NCBI GenBank assembly: GCA_043767605.1
Contig: JAYUGN010000152.1
Location: forward strand, 1-33,834
DNA length: 33,834 nucleotides
Origin: Gammaproteobacteria bacterium
GTDB lineage: Bacteria; Pseudomonadota; Gammaproteobacteria; Nevskiales; Nevskiaceae
Direction of reading: 5' to 3'
Made by a program: the position numbers and the translations under genes. The notes beneath the pieces were generated by a model. The model worked only from the letters and a program-made list of their open reading frames with translations, was not told the origin of the DNA and ran no database searches. The stretch's first letter is position 1, and each line of letters starts with the position of its first letter. Below, in pieces: positions 33,417 to 33,834 of the stretch.

Positions 33417-33717
33417 GGGCCTGTAGCTCAGATGGTTAGAGCAGGGGACTCATCACAAAGGTGCGTTCGCGCCGGAAGGCGCGAAATGAACGGGATGAAT
33501 TCAGGGAAACCGTCACGGGTGATGCCGCCGGCAATCCTGAGCCAAGCCGGGAGTGCACTTCCGGAAGGTGCAGAGACTACCTGAGGGCTTAAGCGCCCTT
33601 AATGACAGGCTCGAGCGTCCCGCGCCCTGATCGGGCGGTGAGATAGTCCACTCCCCTCGGAAACGAGGGGTTCAGTGAATCCTTTGGTCGCTGGTTCGAA
33701 TCCAGCCGGGCCCACCA
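33417..33717 (+). tRNA. tRNA with anticodon CAU, probably tRNA-Ile2 (lysidine type), interrupted by an intron
   Basis: Exon 1 (33417-33453) is GGGCCTGTAGCTCAGATGGTTAGAGCAGGGGACTCAT. Exon 2 (33678-33717) is AATCCTTTGGTCGCTGGTTCGAATCCAGCCGGGCCCACCA. Joined, they form a canonical 77-nt cloverleaf with encoded CCA and a G1-C72 pair, so not an initiator. Variable loop and T-arm closely resemble E. coli ileX as I recall it. Confidence 0.85.
33454..33677 (+). ncRNA. group I (IC3-like) self-splicing intron in the anticodon loop
   Basis: 224 nt inserted directly 3' of CAT. GGTG near the 5' end can pair with exon ..TCAT (P1 with a G-U pair). Hairpins TTCGCGCC-GGAA-GGCGCGAA and CCCCTCG-GAAA-CGAGGGG have GNRA loops. 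Core-like strings GAGCCAAG and GGTGCAGAGACTA. Ends in G. No ORF. Exact splice boundaries could shift by 1-2 nt. Confidence 0.75.
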
Positions 33718-33834
33718 TTAAGTCATTGATTATGCGGAGATTTTATCTATTTGGCCCTATTGCCCGGGGAAAAGGCCTTCCATTGGTCCCGGAGCAGAGA
33801 TGTTGCTGGGCAACATGGGGCGAATTGGAGCAAG

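Noticed and set aside
1-33834. Scan for transposases, integrases, phage genes, toxin-antitoxin pairs, restriction-modification or other known defence systems, rRNA and CRISPR.
   Set aside because: None of the credible ORFs shows motifs of these classes. Apart from the REP-like repeats and the group I intron, no mobile or defence element can be supported from the sequence.

Overview
High-GC proteobacterial chromosomal window, about 70% GC from hand counts of a few lines. It is gene-dense, and I recognised no IS element, prophage, CRISPR array or known defence gene. Left to right: (i) a lower-GC segment (1-2570, roughly 55-60% GC) with two overlapping orphan lipoprotein genes and a triple direct repeat at its right edge. 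(ii) A 2Fe-2S/FAD oxidoreductase, mscL and a small lipoprotein. (iii) A ~10 kb minus-strand cluster of 10 tightly coupled genes, headed by a TetR regulator with a readable promoter and palindromic operator. In order: KAS III-like enzyme, acyl-CoA synthetase, two putative outer-membrane barrels, a secreted lipase, a PhaB-like reductase, an MFS transporter and a second paralogous lipase. (iv) mltD. (v) A pip-phhA-hppD-hmgA-fah-maiA phenylalanine/tyrosine catabolic operon. (vi) A thioesterase and two secreted proteins. (vii) A split type IV pilus minor-pilin locus, with pilV-W-X-Y1 on the minus strand and fimT-pilE on the plus strand. Here fimT is translationally coupled to an unusual membrane-anchored fusion of a FimV-like helical repeat with a catalytically degenerate TrpB-like domain. 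(viii) A tRNA(CAU) gene, probably tRNA-Ile2, interrupted by a ~224-nt group I intron. A nested-hairpin REP-like element occurs twice between convergent genes. The best candidates for undescribed biology are the TrpB-like pseudoenzyme in the pilin operon and the TetR-controlled envelope ester/lipid cluster. All homology calls come from motif recognition by eye; no database search was run.
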